Source of the DNA: a virus
Taxonomy: Duplodnaviria; Caudoviricetes
DNA length: 54,619 nt
Virus record (IMG/VR): IMGVR_UViG_3300031660_001429
Coordinates: 1 to 54,619 of that record
Direction: 5' to 3' (one strand)
Shown one piece after another: positions 9,650 through 19,341 of this stretch. The translations under genes were made by a program, and so were the position numbers. The first letter of the stretch is position 1; each line of letters opens with the position of its first letter. The notes below the pieces were generated by a model. The model made no database searches. It saw nothing but the letters and a program-made list of their open reading frames with translations, and was not told the origin of the DNA.

Positions 9650-10009
9650 TTACCCGAGACGGGCTACGTAGCGGGCGTAATCACCGCCCTCGGGATTGAC
9701 GTAGAGGTAAGAGCGTCCGGGAGCAGTGACCTCGACGCAGAGGTAGCCGTCGCCAGTGCCGCCACCCTTGCCACGCAGCCAGTCGCGTGACACCAGCAGG
9801 CTGCGCCCAAAGGCGTCGAATTCGGCAGGGGTGAGCTCCTTGGTCTCGGTGACGTAGACCTTGTGCTGGTCGCTCCCGCCCAGTTCGCCGAGGTCGGCAG
9901 GTTTGCGTGCAAACGGCAGGCGGACACTCAACTCTTCGACCTGGAGGCTTTGGCCTGCGAACTGCAGGGTGCGTGGGGTGCGTTCGATGGTGATGGTCAT
10001 GGTGCTCAT
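9650..10009 (-). CDS. Hypothetical protein (C-terminus resembles DUF6329)
   Basis: AGGA RBS; C-terminal VNPEGGDYARY; preceded by motif copy 2. Confidence 0.75.
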   Translation of the reverse strand: MSTMTITIERTPRTLQFAGQSLQVEELSVRLPFARKPADLGELGGSDQHKVYVTETKELTPAEFDAFGRSLLVSRDWLRGKGGGTGDGYLCVEVTAPGRSYLYVNPEGGDYARYVARLG

Positions 10010-10053
10010 GGCGATTTTCCTGGTATGGCGTCGTCAATCACGACATCTGTATG

Positions 10054-10081
10054 AACGCGCTGGTGGGGAGAGAAGCCAAGC
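10054..10081 (-). promoter_or_regulatory. 28-bp motif copy 2
   Basis: + strand aacgcgctggtggggagagaagccaagc. Confidence 0.8.
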
Positions 10082-10138
10082 TATTCATGGCTCCTCTCGC
10101 CGTCTTTTTGGCTTTGCCGAAACTCGCTGTGCTCGCTT

Positions 10139-10702
10139 TCAGGCGATGCGGTAGATCCGCTCGCCACCCTGCGGCTTGTCCGAGACGATGGTCAGGCCAA
10201 GTTTTTTCTTGAAGGCTCCGGCGAAGGTGCCGCGCACCGTGTGCGCCTGCCAACCGGTGGCGGTGCAGATCTGGCCGATGGTTGCGCCCTCGGGGCGTTG
10301 CAGCATCCGGATCACTTCGGCCTGCTTGCTGTTCTCGCGGGTGCGCGGCTTGACCCACGTGGCTTCGGCGGCGGTAACAAAGGCTTCCAGTTCGGGATCG
10401 CTCGCGGCCGCAGGCGCGCCTTCAGCGTTGGCGATGATCCGGTCGAGATTGGCTTCGAACTGACCGATGCCCGTCCTGTTCACGTCGGGACGCGGAATGT
10501 CCAGGGCGTCGTAGCCCTCCGCAGCGACCAACCAGTCGGTGCCGTCGGTGGTGATCAGTGCGCGGTTGAACAGGCCATTGAGCACTTTCTTGCGCGCGCC
10601 GCCTTTGATGTTGTCGGGGAACCAGTCGATCTTGCCGCTGGTGTGTTCAACCGCGTGGGCCAGGATCGCGTGCTGGGCAGGGGTCAGTTGGGTGGTGGTC
10701 AT
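10139..10702 (-). CDS. DUF3489 family winged-helix protein
   Basis: SKQAEVIRMLQRPEGATI...TGWQAHTVRG...RIYRI; AAGGAG RBS before ATG 10702. Confidence 0.85.
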   Translation of the reverse strand: MTTTQLTPAQHAILAHAVEHTSGKIDWFPDNIKGGARKKVLNGLFNRALITTDGTDWLVAAEGYDALDIPRPDVNRTGIGQFEANLDRIIANAEGAPAAASDPELEAFVTAAEATWVKPRTRENSKQAEVIRMLQRPEGATIGQICTATGWQAHTVRGTFAGAFKKKLGLTIVSDKPQGGERIYRIA

Positions 10703-10739
10703 GTTTTGCTCCTTCGATGTGGTGGACGGTGATGTGATG

Positions 10740-10767
10740 AACGCGCTGTTCTCAAGTGAAGCCAAGC
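10740..10767 (-). promoter_or_regulatory. 28-bp motif copy 3, with a perfect 10-bp inverted repeat extending to 10784
   Basis: + strand aacgcgctgttctcaagtgaagccaagc followed by gctttct-gcttggcttc. Confidence 0.8.
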
Positions 10768-10796
10768 GCTTTCTGCTTGGCTTCTTCGCTTCGCAA

Positions 10797-10994
10797 TCAG
10801 GTGTTGGCCTTGTCTGACGGGTTGGCATTGCGCCCCTGCTCGAGACCCGCGTTGAAGGCGGCTTCAAGCGCATCGCGTAGGCACCAGACCGCCACATCGT
10901 GGAAATCGAGTCTGTCCGAGCGGCGGGTTTCCAGGGTTTCGATGCCCAGCTTGTTTTGCGCGATCTGGGTCAGGAGTTGTTCGAGCTTGCTCAT
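10797..10994 (-). CDS. DUF6900-like small protein
   Basis: IETLETRRSDRLDFHDVAVW..RDALEAAF.AG; AAGGA RBS. Confidence 0.8.
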   Translation of the reverse strand: MSKLEQLLTQIAQNKLGIETLETRRSDRLDFHDVAVWCLRDALEAAFNAGLEQGRNANPSDKANT

Positions 10995-11031
10995 GTCCGT
11001 GTCCTTTCATGGTGTTGATGACGAACGTATG

Positions 11032-11059
11032 AACGCGCTGTTCCAGATGGAAGCCAAGC
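11032..11059 (-). promoter_or_regulatory. 28-bp motif copy 4
   Basis: + strand aacgcgctgttccagatggaagccaagc. Confidence 0.8.
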
Positions 11060-11111
11060 TCAATTCGCATGAATGACGAACAAATGATTGAAGGTGCCCC
11101 GAAGGGGAAAT

Positions 11112-11660
11112 ATGGGTATTTCGATTCGTGCCTACGCACGCCACCGAGGGGTGTCCGATGCAGCGGTGCGCAAGGCCATCGCTGCTGGGCGGATCACGCC
11201 GGAGGCAGACGGAACGATTGATGCCGAGCGCGTCGACCGCGAGTGGGCGCGCAATTCCGATGCACCGCGCAGTGGCACGGCCACCCGCGCGGTCAAGGTC
11301 GCCGTCCCGGAGTCCAGCGGACCTACAGCAGATGGACAAGCAGCCTCATTGGCAACATCCGCAGCAGGTGGAACGTCCTTGCTCCAAGCGCGGACGGTCA
11401 ACGAGGTGGTCAAAGCGCAAACCAACAAGGTGCGCCTGGCCCGCCTCAAGGGTGAGCTGGTAGATCGGCCGCAGGCCATCGCCCATGTTTTCAAGCTGGC
11501 GCGCTCCGAACGCGATGCCTGGCTCAACTGGCCCGCACGCATCTCGGCACAAATGGCAGCCAAGCTCGGCGTCGATCCCCACACGATGCACATCGCCTTG
11601 GAGGCGGCGGTGCGTGAGCACCTGCAGGAACTGGGCGAGATGCGCCCGAGGGTGGATTGA
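11112..11660 (+). CDS. Terminase small subunit (Nu1-like)
   Basis: N-terminal HTH SIRAYARHRGVSDAAVRKAI; directly upstream of and overlapping terL. Confidence 0.75.
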   Translation: MGISIRAYARHRGVSDAAVRKAIAAGRITPEADGTIDAERVDREWARNSDAPRSGTATRAVKVAVPESSGPTADGQAASLATSAAGGTSLLQARTVNEVVKAQTNKVRLARLKGELVDRPQAIAHVFKLARSERDAWLNWPARISAQMAAKLGVDPHTMHIALEAAVREHLQELGEMRPRVD

Positions 11661-13621
11661 TGGACATGGACTACGAAGGCGCTGCCGAGATTGAACGCGC
11701 GTGGCGCGAAGGACTGACTCCCGACCCGCTGCTCACCGTGTCCGAATGGTCAGATCGCCACCGGATGCTCTCCAGCAAAGCCTCTGCCGAACCGGGTCGC
11801 TGGCGCACCAGCCGCACGCCTTACCTGAAAGCGATCATGGATTGCCTGTCGCCGACCTCGCCGGTCGAGCGTGTGGTGTTCATGAAAGCGGCGCAGCTTG
11901 GCGCGACCGAGATGGGGTCGAACTGGATCGGCTATGTGATCCATCACGCACCCGGGCCAATGATGGCGGTCTGGCCGACAGTGGAGATGGCCAAGCGCAA
12001 CTCCAAGCAGCGGATCGATCCGCTGATCGAGGAGTCGTCCGCACTGGCTGAACTGATTGCACCGGCACGCAGCCGGGATTCCGGCAACACCATCCTGGCC
12101 AAGGAGTTCCGGGGTGGCGTGCTGGTGATGACCGGGGCCAACAGCGCGGTCGGACTGCGCTCGATGCCGGTGCGGTATCTGTTTCTCGACGAGGTCGACG
12201 GCTATCCGTTGGACGTCGAGGGTGAAGGCGATGCGATCTCGCTGGCCGAGGCGCGTACACGCACCTTCGCGCGGCGCAAGATCTTCATCGTCTCGACGCC
12301 GACAATCTCAGGTGCGTCGGCTATCGAGCGCGAGTACGAGGCCAGTGACCAACGTCGCTACTTTGTGCCGTGTCCGCATTGCTCGCACCGGCAGTGGCTG
12401 CGTTTCGAGCAGCTGCGTTGGGACAAAGGGCAACCGGAGACCGCTGCCTACATCTGTGAGTCATGTGACACCGCGATTGCCGAGCACCACAAGACGTGGA
12501 TGCTGGAGCACGGCGAGTGGCGCGCGATGATCACCGATGGCACGGGCAAGACGGCAGGCTTTCACCTGTCATCGCTGTACAGCCCGGTTGGCTGGCGCTC
12601 GTGGCGGGAGATCGCCGCTGCGTGGGAAGCCGCAGTCAGTAAAGATTCGGGATCGGCCGCCGCCATCAAGACCTTTAAGAACACCGAGTTGGGTGAAACC
12701 TGGGTCGAGGAAGGCGAAGCGCCGGACTGGCAACGACTGGTCGAACGCCGCGAGGACTACCGTGTCGGTACGGTGCCGCAAGGCGGTCTGCTCTTGGTCG
12801 GCGCGGCAGACGTGCAGAAGGATCGCATCGAGGCCTCGGTCTGGGCCTTCGGGCGTGGCAAGGAGTCCTGGCTGGTTGAGCACCGCGTGCTGATGGGTGA
12901 CACCGCCCGCGACGCGGTGTGGAAGCGCCTTACTGAAATGCTGGCCGAAACCTGGACTCACGCCTCCGGCGCGGTGATGCCGCTGGTGCGCTTTGCACTG
13001 GATACCGGGTTTGCAACGCAGGAGGCCTACGCCTTTGTGCGGGCTTGCCGCGATTCGCGTTTGATGGCGGTCAAGGGGGTGCCTCGCGGTGCAGCCTTGA
13101 TCGGCACGCCGACCGCCATCGATGTCTCGCAGGGTGGCAAGAAGCTGCGCCGGGGCATCAAGGTGTACACGGTGGCGGTCAGCATCGCCAAGCTCGAGTT
13201 CTACAACAACCTGCGCAAGAGCGCAGATGTTGGCGAGGACGGATTGACCACGGTGTTCCCGGCCGGGTTCGTCCATCTGCCCAAGATCGACGCTGAGTTC
13301 ATCCAGCAACTCTGCGCGGAACAACTGATCACCCGCCGCGACCGCAACGGCTTCCCGGTGCGTGAGTGGCAAAAGATGCGTGAGCGCAATGAGGCGCTCG
13401 ACTGCTACGTCTACGCCCGCGCGGCTGCATCGGCGGCGGGTCTGGATCGCTTCGAGGAACGTCACTGGCGGGAACTGGAGCGACAACTGGGGCTGGCCGG
13501 TCCGCCAGCCCTTGAAACACCTACTGAATCGATCAACGAGGCCACCCAACGCGGTGGCCTCGCTGTTTCTGGCAACCGTAACACCGGTCGGCGCGTGATC
13601 AAAAGCCGCTGGCTGTCCTGA
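11657..13621 (+). CDS. Terminase large subunit, lambda GpA family
   Basis: KAAQLGAT Walker A, LFLDEVD Walker B, STPT, RNEALDC. Confidence 0.95.
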   Translation: MMDMDYEGAAEIERAWREGLTPDPLLTVSEWSDRHRMLSSKASAEPGRWRTSRTPYLKAIMDCLSPTSPVERVVFMKAAQLGATEMGSNWIGYVIHHAPGPMMAVWPTVEMAKRNSKQRIDPLIEESSALAELIAPARSRDSGNTILAKEFRGGVLVMTGANSAVGLRSMPVRYLFLDEVDGYPLDVEGEGDAISLAEARTRTFARRKIFIVSTPTISGASAIEREYEASDQRRYFVPCPHCSHRQWLRFEQLRWDKGQPETAAYICESCDTAIAEHHKTWMLEHGEWRAMITDGTGKTAGFHLSSLYSPVGWRSWREIAAAWEAAVSKDSGSAAAIKTFKNTELGETWVEEGEAPDWQRLVERREDYRVGTVPQGGLLLVGAADVQKDRIEASVWAFGRGKESWLVEHRVLMGDTARDAVWKRLTEMLAETWTHASGAVMPLVRFALDTGFATQEAYAFVRACRDSRLMAVKGVPRGAALIGTPTAIDVSQGGKKLRRGIKVYTVAVSIAKLEFYNNLRKSADVGEDGLTTVFPAGFVHLPKIDAEFIQQLCAEQLITRRDRNGFPVREWQKMRERNEALDCYVYARAAASAAGLDRFEERHWRELERQLGLAGPPALETPTESINEATQRGGLAVSGNRNTGRRVIKSRWLS

Positions 13622-13638
13622 CACCCCAAGGAGAAAAC

Positions 13639-14130
13639 ATGAGTCTTGCTACCCGTATCGAAAGCCTGGTCATCCGCGTCGCGCAGGAGTTCAACGACGT
13701 CCGCGCCAAGGCAGGCAACCTGGCAAACCTCACCACCACCGACAAGTCGAATCTGGTCGCGGCCATCAACGAACTGAAGGCCGCCGTGGTGTCGTCGGCG
13801 GTGATCGACGATGCGCACGTCGCGGCCACGACCACGTACTCGTCCAACAAGATCGTCTCGCTGCTCGATGCGCTCAAGACCGAAATCTTGGGCGGTGCCG
13901 ATGCCGCCTACGACACGCTGGTGGAAATCCAGCAACTGCTGCAGAACGGCACCAGTGGCCTGGATGCCCTGCTGGCCGCCGTCAACAACCGTGTGCGCTT
14001 CGATGCGGCGCAGTCGTTGACCGTGGTCGAGCAACTTCAGGCACGCAGCAACATCGGTGCCGTCGCGGCCAGTGATGTCGGCAACACAGACACTGACTTC
14101 GTCGCGGTCTTTGTGGGTGCGCTGGTCTGA
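13639..14130 (+). CDS. Hypothetical virion-associated protein
   Basis: AAGGAG RBS; LTTTDKSNLVAAINEL and DTL.EI segments typical of phage fibre proteins. Confidence 0.75.
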   Translation: MSLATRIESLVIRVAQEFNDVRAKAGNLANLTTTDKSNLVAAINELKAAVVSSAVIDDAHVAATTTYSSNKIVSLLDALKTEILGGADAAYDTLVEIQQLLQNGTSGLDALLAAVNNRVRFDAAQSLTVVEQLQARSNIGAVAASDVGNTDTDFVAVFVGALV

Positions 14131-14522
14131 TGAGTCTCGCATCGCGCATCAGTGCGCTGGCCAGTCGTGTCGGACTCGAGGTCAAGACCAAGATCGACGC
14201 AACCCACCCCGGTCTGGCCCGGGCGTGGGTGTGTTTCGGCTACGTCGGCACGCAGGTCGTCGTGCGTGCATCGCACAACGTGGCCAGCGTGACCCGGACG
14301 GCGGCTGGCCGCTACCGGGTGACCTTCGCCACTGCCATGCCGGATTCCAACTACTGCTGGACGGCGCTCGCCCGTAGCAGCACCAACAGCGGCACGCAGC
14401 GCATTGCGATCGTGCGATCCAGCACCGACCAGAAGACCGCTCAGTACGTCGACATCAGTTGCGCCACCACGTCCGCATCCTTCGACGACTCCTCCGAAAT
14501 CAACCTCACGGTGTACCGCTGA
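14130..14522 (+). CDS. Hypothetical protein with fibre-tip-like beta domain
   Basis: RAWVCF...NVASVTRTAAGRYRVTF; TGATG coupling at both ends. Confidence 0.75.
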   Translation: MSLASRISALASRVGLEVKTKIDATHPGLARAWVCFGYVGTQVVVRASHNVASVTRTAAGRYRVTFATAMPDSNYCWTALARSSTNSGTQRIAIVRSSTDQKTAQYVDISCATTSASFDDSSEINLTVYR

Positions 14523-14743
14523 TGGCCTACACACAAGCACATCTCGACGCACTGGAAGCGGCGCTGGTCAAGGGCGAAAAGCGCGTGACTTTCGGCGACA
14601 AGACCGTCGAATACCGCAGCGTCGATGAACTCCAGGCCGCCATCGCGGCGGTCAAGCGCGATCTCTTCGAGCAGGCCGTGGACACCGGACTATGGCCCGG
14701 TGCGCCGCGCCAGATCCGGGTCACCACCGGCAAAGGGTTCTGA
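14522..14743 (+). CDS. Head-tail joining protein, gpW-like
   Basis: LDALEAAL..G.KRV...KTVEYRS.DEL; sits before portal. Confidence 0.85.
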   Translation: MAYTQAHLDALEAALVKGEKRVTFGDKTVEYRSVDELQAAIAAVKRDLFEQAVDTGLWPGAPRQIRVTTGKGF

Positions 14744-14745
14744 AC

Positions 14746-16266
14746 ATGCAATGGTTTGACCGTATGCGCAGACGCGTCGGCATGAGCCTGCTTGGCGGCA
14801 CGCCGTTCTATGACGGCATCGGTGGCGGCCGCCGCGCGTTGGCATGGCAGGTCGGCAATCCCGGTGCGGTCGCAGCTCTGGCGTTCACCCAGAACGAATT
14901 GCGCGCCAAGAGCCGCGATCTGGTACGCCGCAATGCCTGGGCAGCGGCAGGCGTCGAGGCCTTTGTCTCGAACGCCATCGGCACCGGCATCAAGCCGCAA
15001 AGCATGCTGGCCGATCAGCCCCTGCGCGAAGCCATCCACAGCCTGTGGTGGGACTGGTGCGAGGAAGCCGATGCTGCCGGACTGACTGATTTCTACGGCC
15101 TGCAGGCCTTGGCCTGTCGCGCCATGCTCGAAGGCGGGGAATGTCTGGTGCGGCTGCGCTATCGCCGCCCGGAGGATGTCCTGCCGGTGGGCTTGCAACT
15201 GCAGCTGCTCGAACCCGAACACCTGCCAGCCACGCTGAATCAGGAGTTGGCTTCGGGAAACGTGATCCGTGCGGGCATCGAGTTCGACAAGCTCGGACGG
15301 CGGGTGGCTTACCACCTGTATCGCTCGCACCCGGGTGATGGCTCACTGGCCCCGATGTCGGGCACCGGTGGCGTGGTGGGCGGTCTCGACACGGTGCGTA
15401 TCCCGGCCAGCGAAGTCATCCACCTGTTTCGTCCCTTGCGGCCCGGACAGATCCGGGGCGAACCGTGGCTGGCGCGCGCATTGGTCAAGCTCAATGAACT
15501 CGACCAGTACGACGACGCCGAGCTCGTGCGCAAGAAGACGGCAGCCATGTTCGCAGGCTTCATCACGCGCCTTTCGCCTGAGGACAACCTGATGGGCGAA
15601 GGGCTGCCGGATGCCAGCGGTGCGGCATTGGCCGGGCTGGAGCCGGGCACGATGCAGATCCTGGAGCCCGGCGAGGACGTGAAGTTCAGTCAGCCTGCCG
15701 ACGTCGGCGCGAGCTACGCCGAATTCCTGCGCATGCAGTTTCGGGCGGTGGCAGCGGCGATGGGCATCACCTACGAGATGCTGACCGGCGACCTGACGCA
15801 AGTGAACTACTCGTCGATCCGGGCAGGGTTGCTGGAGTTTCGCCGCCGCTGTGAGGCCATCCAGCACGGCGTGATCGTCCACCAGCTGTGCCGCCCGATC
15901 TGGCGTGCCTGGATGGAACAGGCGCTACTTGAAGGCGCGCTGGTGCTGCCGCAATTCACCGAGAAGAAGCGCGACTACTTCGCCGCCAAGTGGATTCCAC
16001 AGGGCTGGCAGTGGGTCGATCCCAAGAAGGAATTCGACGCCATGCTGACCGCCATTCGCGCCGGTCTGCTGTCTCGCTCGGAAGCCATCTCGGCCTTCGG
16101 CTATGACGCCGAGGACATCGATCGCGAGATCGCCGCCGACAACCAGCGGGCGGACGAACTCGGTCTGGTTTTCGATTCCGACCCGCGACATGACAAAGCG
16201 CCGCTGAGCGCTCCCATGAATGCGGCCGCCACGGTGGCAGTGCCGCAAGACCATCAGGACAACTGA
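14746..16266 (+). CDS. Portal protein, lambda family
   Basis: LRAKSRDLVRRN, RPGQIRGEP, VNYSSIRAGLLE. Confidence 0.95.
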   Translation: MQWFDRMRRRVGMSLLGGTPFYDGIGGGRRALAWQVGNPGAVAALAFTQNELRAKSRDLVRRNAWAAAGVEAFVSNAIGTGIKPQSMLADQPLREAIHSLWWDWCEEADAAGLTDFYGLQALACRAMLEGGECLVRLRYRRPEDVLPVGLQLQLLEPEHLPATLNQELASGNVIRAGIEFDKLGRRVAYHLYRSHPGDGSLAPMSGTGGVVGGLDTVRIPASEVIHLFRPLRPGQIRGEPWLARALVKLNELDQYDDAELVRKKTAAMFAGFITRLSPEDNLMGEGLPDASGAALAGLEPGTMQILEPGEDVKFSQPADVGASYAEFLRMQFRAVAAAMGITYEMLTGDLTQVNYSSIRAGLLEFRRRCEAIQHGVIVHQLCRPIWRAWMEQALLEGALVLPQFTEKKRDYFAAKWIPQGWQWVDPKKEFDAMLTAIRAGLLSRSEAISAFGYDAEDIDREIAADNQRADELGLVFDSDPRHDKAPLSAPMNAAATVAVPQDHQDN

Positions 16267-16267
16267 C

Positions 16268-17575
16268 ATGCAACTCGTTCATCTGGCGTCCCGCCTCTAC
16301 GGGACGCCGCTCCTTATTGCGCGCCCCAAACTCGACGTGATCCTCTCGGTGCTCGGTTCACGCATCGGCTTGCCCGATCTGGACATGGCCATGCCGCTGC
16401 CCACGCCGCGCCAGAGCGCCACATCGGGTCGGGCGGGCATTGCCGTCATCCCGGTGGTCGGCACGCTGGTCAGGCGTTCGATGGGCATCGAAGCCGCCTC
16501 TGGCCTGATGTCCTACGGGGAGATCGAAGCCCGCCTGGACGCCGCGCTGGCCGATCCGCAGGTGGCGGGCATCCTGCTTGATCTGGATTCGCCCGGCGGC
16601 GAGGCCTCGGGCGTGTTCGAACTGGCCGAGCGCATCCGCGCCGCCAGCACCATTAAGCCGATCTGGGCACACGCCAACGATGCCGCGTACTCGGCGGCTT
16701 TTGCCATCGCGGCTGCCTGCCAGCGCCTGACGCTGTCGCAGACCGCTGGCGTCGGATCGATTGGCGTGATCGCGCTGCACGTCGACCAGTCGGTGAAGGA
16801 CGCCAAGGACGGCCTGAACTACACCGCCGTCTTCGCGGGCAGCCACAAGAACGATTTCTCCCCGCACGAGCCCCTCAGCCCGCAGGCCACCACCGCGTTG
16901 CAGACCGAGGTGGATCGCCTCTACGACATCTTCGTGAATCAGGTCGGCCAGATGCGCGGCCTCGATCCGGATGCTGTGCGCGCCACCGAGGCGGGGCTGT
17001 TCTACGGCGAGCAGGCGGTGGCAGCAGGCCTCGCCGACGCCGTGCTGCCGCTCGAACAGGTGATGACCGAATTCACCGACGCGTTGGCGGCCAAGCAGCG
17101 GCTGGCGCAGCCCGGCGTGGCCCGCGCCTCGCCGCGAAGCCTGTCCACTCAAGCCATCTCAAGCCCGCCCCGAAGCAAATCTTTCACCCTGGAGAACACC
17201 ATGACCACCCCAAAAGACGACCACGACAACCCGAGCGACCCGGCCGACACCGACCCGCAGGGCGACCAGCCGCAGACCGACGTCGATCCGCAACCAACAC
17301 CTGCTGCCCATGCCGCGCTGGCGCAATCCTTCGCCAGCGGACGCGGCCAAGCACAGGCCATTGCAGAGCTGTGCCTGATCGCTGGCCAGTCGCAACGCAC
17401 GGCGGAGTTCCTCGCTGCAGGTTTCTCCGAGGCGCAGGTGCGCCGGGCTTTGCTCGATGCCCGTGCCGACCAGCCCGAAATTGCCTCGCGCATCACCGCC
17501 GATGCAGGTACCAGCCAGCGCCCGGAAAACAGTCCGGTGGTCGCTGCCGTCAAAAAACTCACCGCCAAGGAGTAA
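16268..17575 (+). CDS. S49 family capsid maturation protease (gpC-like)
   Basis: DLDSPGGE, AYSAAF, VGSIGV. Confidence 0.93.
   Translation: MQLVHLASRLYGTPLLIARPKLDVILSVLGSRIGLPDLDMAMPLPTPRQSATSGRAGIAVIPVVGTLVRRSMGIEAASGLMSYGEIEARLDAALADPQVAGILLDLDSPGGEASGVFELAERIRAASTIKPIWAHANDAAYSAAFAIAAACQRLTLSQTAGVGSIGVIALHVDQSVKDAKDGLNYTAVFAGSHKNDFSPHEPLSPQATTALQTEVDRLYDIFVNQVGQMRGLDPDAVRATEAGLFYGEQAVAAGLADAVLPLEQVMTEFTDALAAKQRLAQPGVARASPRSLSTQAISSPPRSKSFTLENTMTTPKDDHDNPSDPADTDPQGDQPQTDVDPQPTPAAHAALAQSFASGRGQAQAIAELCLIAGQSQRTAEFLAAGFSEAQVRRALLDARADQPEIASRITADAGTSQRPENSPVVAAVKKLTAKE
17201..17575 (+). CDS. Nested in-frame scaffold protein (Nu3-like)
   Basis: GGAGA RBS at 17191 followed by in-frame ATG 17201; acidic, Pro-rich N-terminus. 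Confidence 0.55.
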   Translation: MTTPKDDHDNPSDPADTDPQGDQPQTDVDPQPTPAAHAALAQSFASGRGQAQAIAELCLIAGQSQRTAEFLAAGFSEAQVRRALLDARADQPEIASRITADAGTSQRPENSPVVAAVKKLTAKE

Positions 17576-17578
17576 GCC

Positions 17579-17956
17579 ATGCCCACTGTCTCTCAACCCA
17601 AGAACCTCGGCGACCTGCTGAAGTACGAAGCGCCGAATCTCTACTCGCGTGACCAAGACACCGTCGCTGCCGCGCAGAACCTGTCGCTGGGCACCGTGGT
17701 GGGCCGCGAAATGGCCACGGCCAAGCTCAAGGCCATCGATCCGACCGCCTCCGACGGCACGGAAACCGCCGTCGGCGTGCTCGGCAATGACGTCGATGCG
17801 ACGCTGATCGACCGTGAGGACGCGATCCTGATCGCCCGCCACGCCATCGTCGCGCGCGGCGCATTGGTCTGGCCGACCGGTCTCACGGTTGCACAGAAGG
17901 CAACTGCCGTTGCCCAACTCACCGCCCTTGGGGTGCTGGTGCGCGACAGCGCCTGA
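17579..17956 (+). CDS. Head decoration protein (gpD-like)
   Basis: YSRD..T...L.LGTVVG; DGTETAVGVL; position before MCP. Confidence 0.9.
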   Translation: MPTVSQPKNLGDLLKYEAPNLYSRDQDTVAAAQNLSLGTVVGREMATAKLKAIDPTASDGTETAVGVLGNDVDATLIDREDAILIARHAIVARGALVWPTGLTVAQKATAVAQLTALGVLVRDSA

Positions 17957-17988
17957 TCCCGTCCCGACGATCCATCTCACTCCCCCGA

Positions 17989-18009
17989 AAACCCGCCGCT
18001 GGCGGGTTT
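17989..18009 (+). terminator. Terminator-like hairpin AAACCCGCC-GCT-GGCGGGTTT
   Basis: Perfect 9-bp stem, followed by ATTTCTGGAGA RBS of MCP. Confidence 0.6.
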
Positions 18010-18030
18010 CGTCATTTCTGGAGATCCCAA

Positions 18031-19053
18031 ATGCAGAACCCTTTTGAAAACCCCGGCTTCTCGATGGCCAGCCTGACGGCCGCCATCAACCTCCTGCCCA
18101 ACCGCTATGGGCGGCTGGAGCAACTCAACCTGTTCCCGGCCAAGCCGGTGCGCACCCGGCAGATCATCGTCGAGGAGTACGCCGGTCGTCTGAACCTGCT
18201 GCCCACCCGGGCGCCCGGTTCGCCCGGCACGGTGGGTGAACGTGGCAAGCGCAACCTGCGCTCCTTCGTGATCCCGCACATCCCGCACGACGACGTGGTG
18301 CTGCCCGAGGAAGTGCAAGGACTGCGCGCCTTCGGTTCCGAAACCGAAATGGAAGCCATCGGCGGTGTCATGGCCCGCCATCTGGAGACCATGCGCAACA
18401 AGCACGCGATCACCCTGGAGCATCTGCGCATGGGTGCGCTCAAGGGCAAGATCCTCGACGCTGATGGCAGTGAGCTCGTCGATCTGTTCGACGAGTTCGA
18501 CATCACTGCGCAATCGGTGTCCTTCGAGTTTTCGACGGCGGCCGACAACGGGCAAATCAAGACTGCCTGCCTCGAGTTGCTGGGCCTCATGGAAGATGGG
18601 CTCACCGGCGAGTTCTCGACCGGCGTGCATGTGCTGTGCTCGACCGAGTTCTTCCGGGCACTGACCACCCATAAGGAGGTTAAGACGGCCTACCAGAACT
18701 GGCAGCAGGGCGCAGTGCTGATCAACGACATGCGCTCGGGCTTCAGCTACAGCGGCATCACCTTCGAGGAATACCGTGGCCAGGCTTCCTTTGTGCAGGC
18801 CGACGGCACGCTGGGGTCGCGCCGCTTCATTGCCGCAGGGGAAGCCCATGCCTTCCCGGTCGGCACGGTGGATACCTTCGCGACCTACTTCGCGCCAGCG
18901 GACTTCAACGAGACCGTGAACACCATCGGCCAGCCGCTGTATGCCAAGCAGGAGCCACGCAAGTTTGATCGGGGCACTGATCTGCACACGCAGAGCAACC
19001 CCCTGCCGATGTGCCATCGCCCTGGCGTGCTGATCAAGCTCGTTGCTGCCTGA
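18031..19053 (+). CDS. Major capsid protein, lambda gpE family
   Basis: SLTAAIN, TLEHLRMGALKG, QSNPLPMCHRP. Confidence 0.95.
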   Translation: MQNPFENPGFSMASLTAAINLLPNRYGRLEQLNLFPAKPVRTRQIIVEEYAGRLNLLPTRAPGSPGTVGERGKRNLRSFVIPHIPHDDVVLPEEVQGLRAFGSETEMEAIGGVMARHLETMRNKHAITLEHLRMGALKGKILDADGSELVDLFDEFDITAQSVSFEFSTAADNGQIKTACLELLGLMEDGLTGEFSTGVHVLCSTEFFRALTTHKEVKTAYQNWQQGAVLINDMRSGFSYSGITFEEYRGQASFVQADGTLGSRRFIAAGEAHAFPVGTVDTFATYFAPADFNETVNTIGQPLYAKQEPRKFDRGTDLHTQSNPLPMCHRPGVLIKLVAA

Positions 19054-19331
19054 TGGATGTCGCGACGTTGTACGAGGCGGCCCGCAGTGCAGGACTGCTG
19101 ACCCCCGTCACGGTGGCGGGCAGCACCGTGCACTGCGCCTTCCGTGCCCCCGACGAAACCGTGCTGGATGGTTTTGCGCTGTCGCGGGACTACCAGATCG
19201 ACTACCCGGCGTCCTGGCTGACGCTGGCAGCCGGGGACACCGTCGAGGTGGCAGGCAATACCTATCAGGTGCGCGACGTGCGCGCCATCGGCGACGGCAC
19301 CGAGCGTCGCGCCTCGCTCTCCCAACTCTGA
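19053..19331 (+). CDS. Head-tail joining protein (FII-like)
   Basis: L..GDTVEVAG..YQVR; follows MCP. Confidence 0.7.
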   Translation: MDVATLYEAARSAGLLTPVTVAGSTVHCAFRAPDETVLDGFALSRDYQIDYPASWLTLAAGDTVEVAGNTYQVRDVRAIGDGTERRASLSQL

Positions 19332-19341
19332 GGAACACCCC

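Noticed and set aside
10703-10897. Longer 252-aa version of the DUF3489 gene
   Set aside because: The extension overlaps the DUF6900-like gene and motif copy 3; a strong RBS precedes ATG 10702
9591-11059. 28-bp repeats as a CRISPR array or integron attC sites
   Set aside because: Copies are separated by whole genes, have variable cores, sit 5' of genes, and lack the paired RYYYAAC/GTTRRRY boxes; no cas or intI genes in the window
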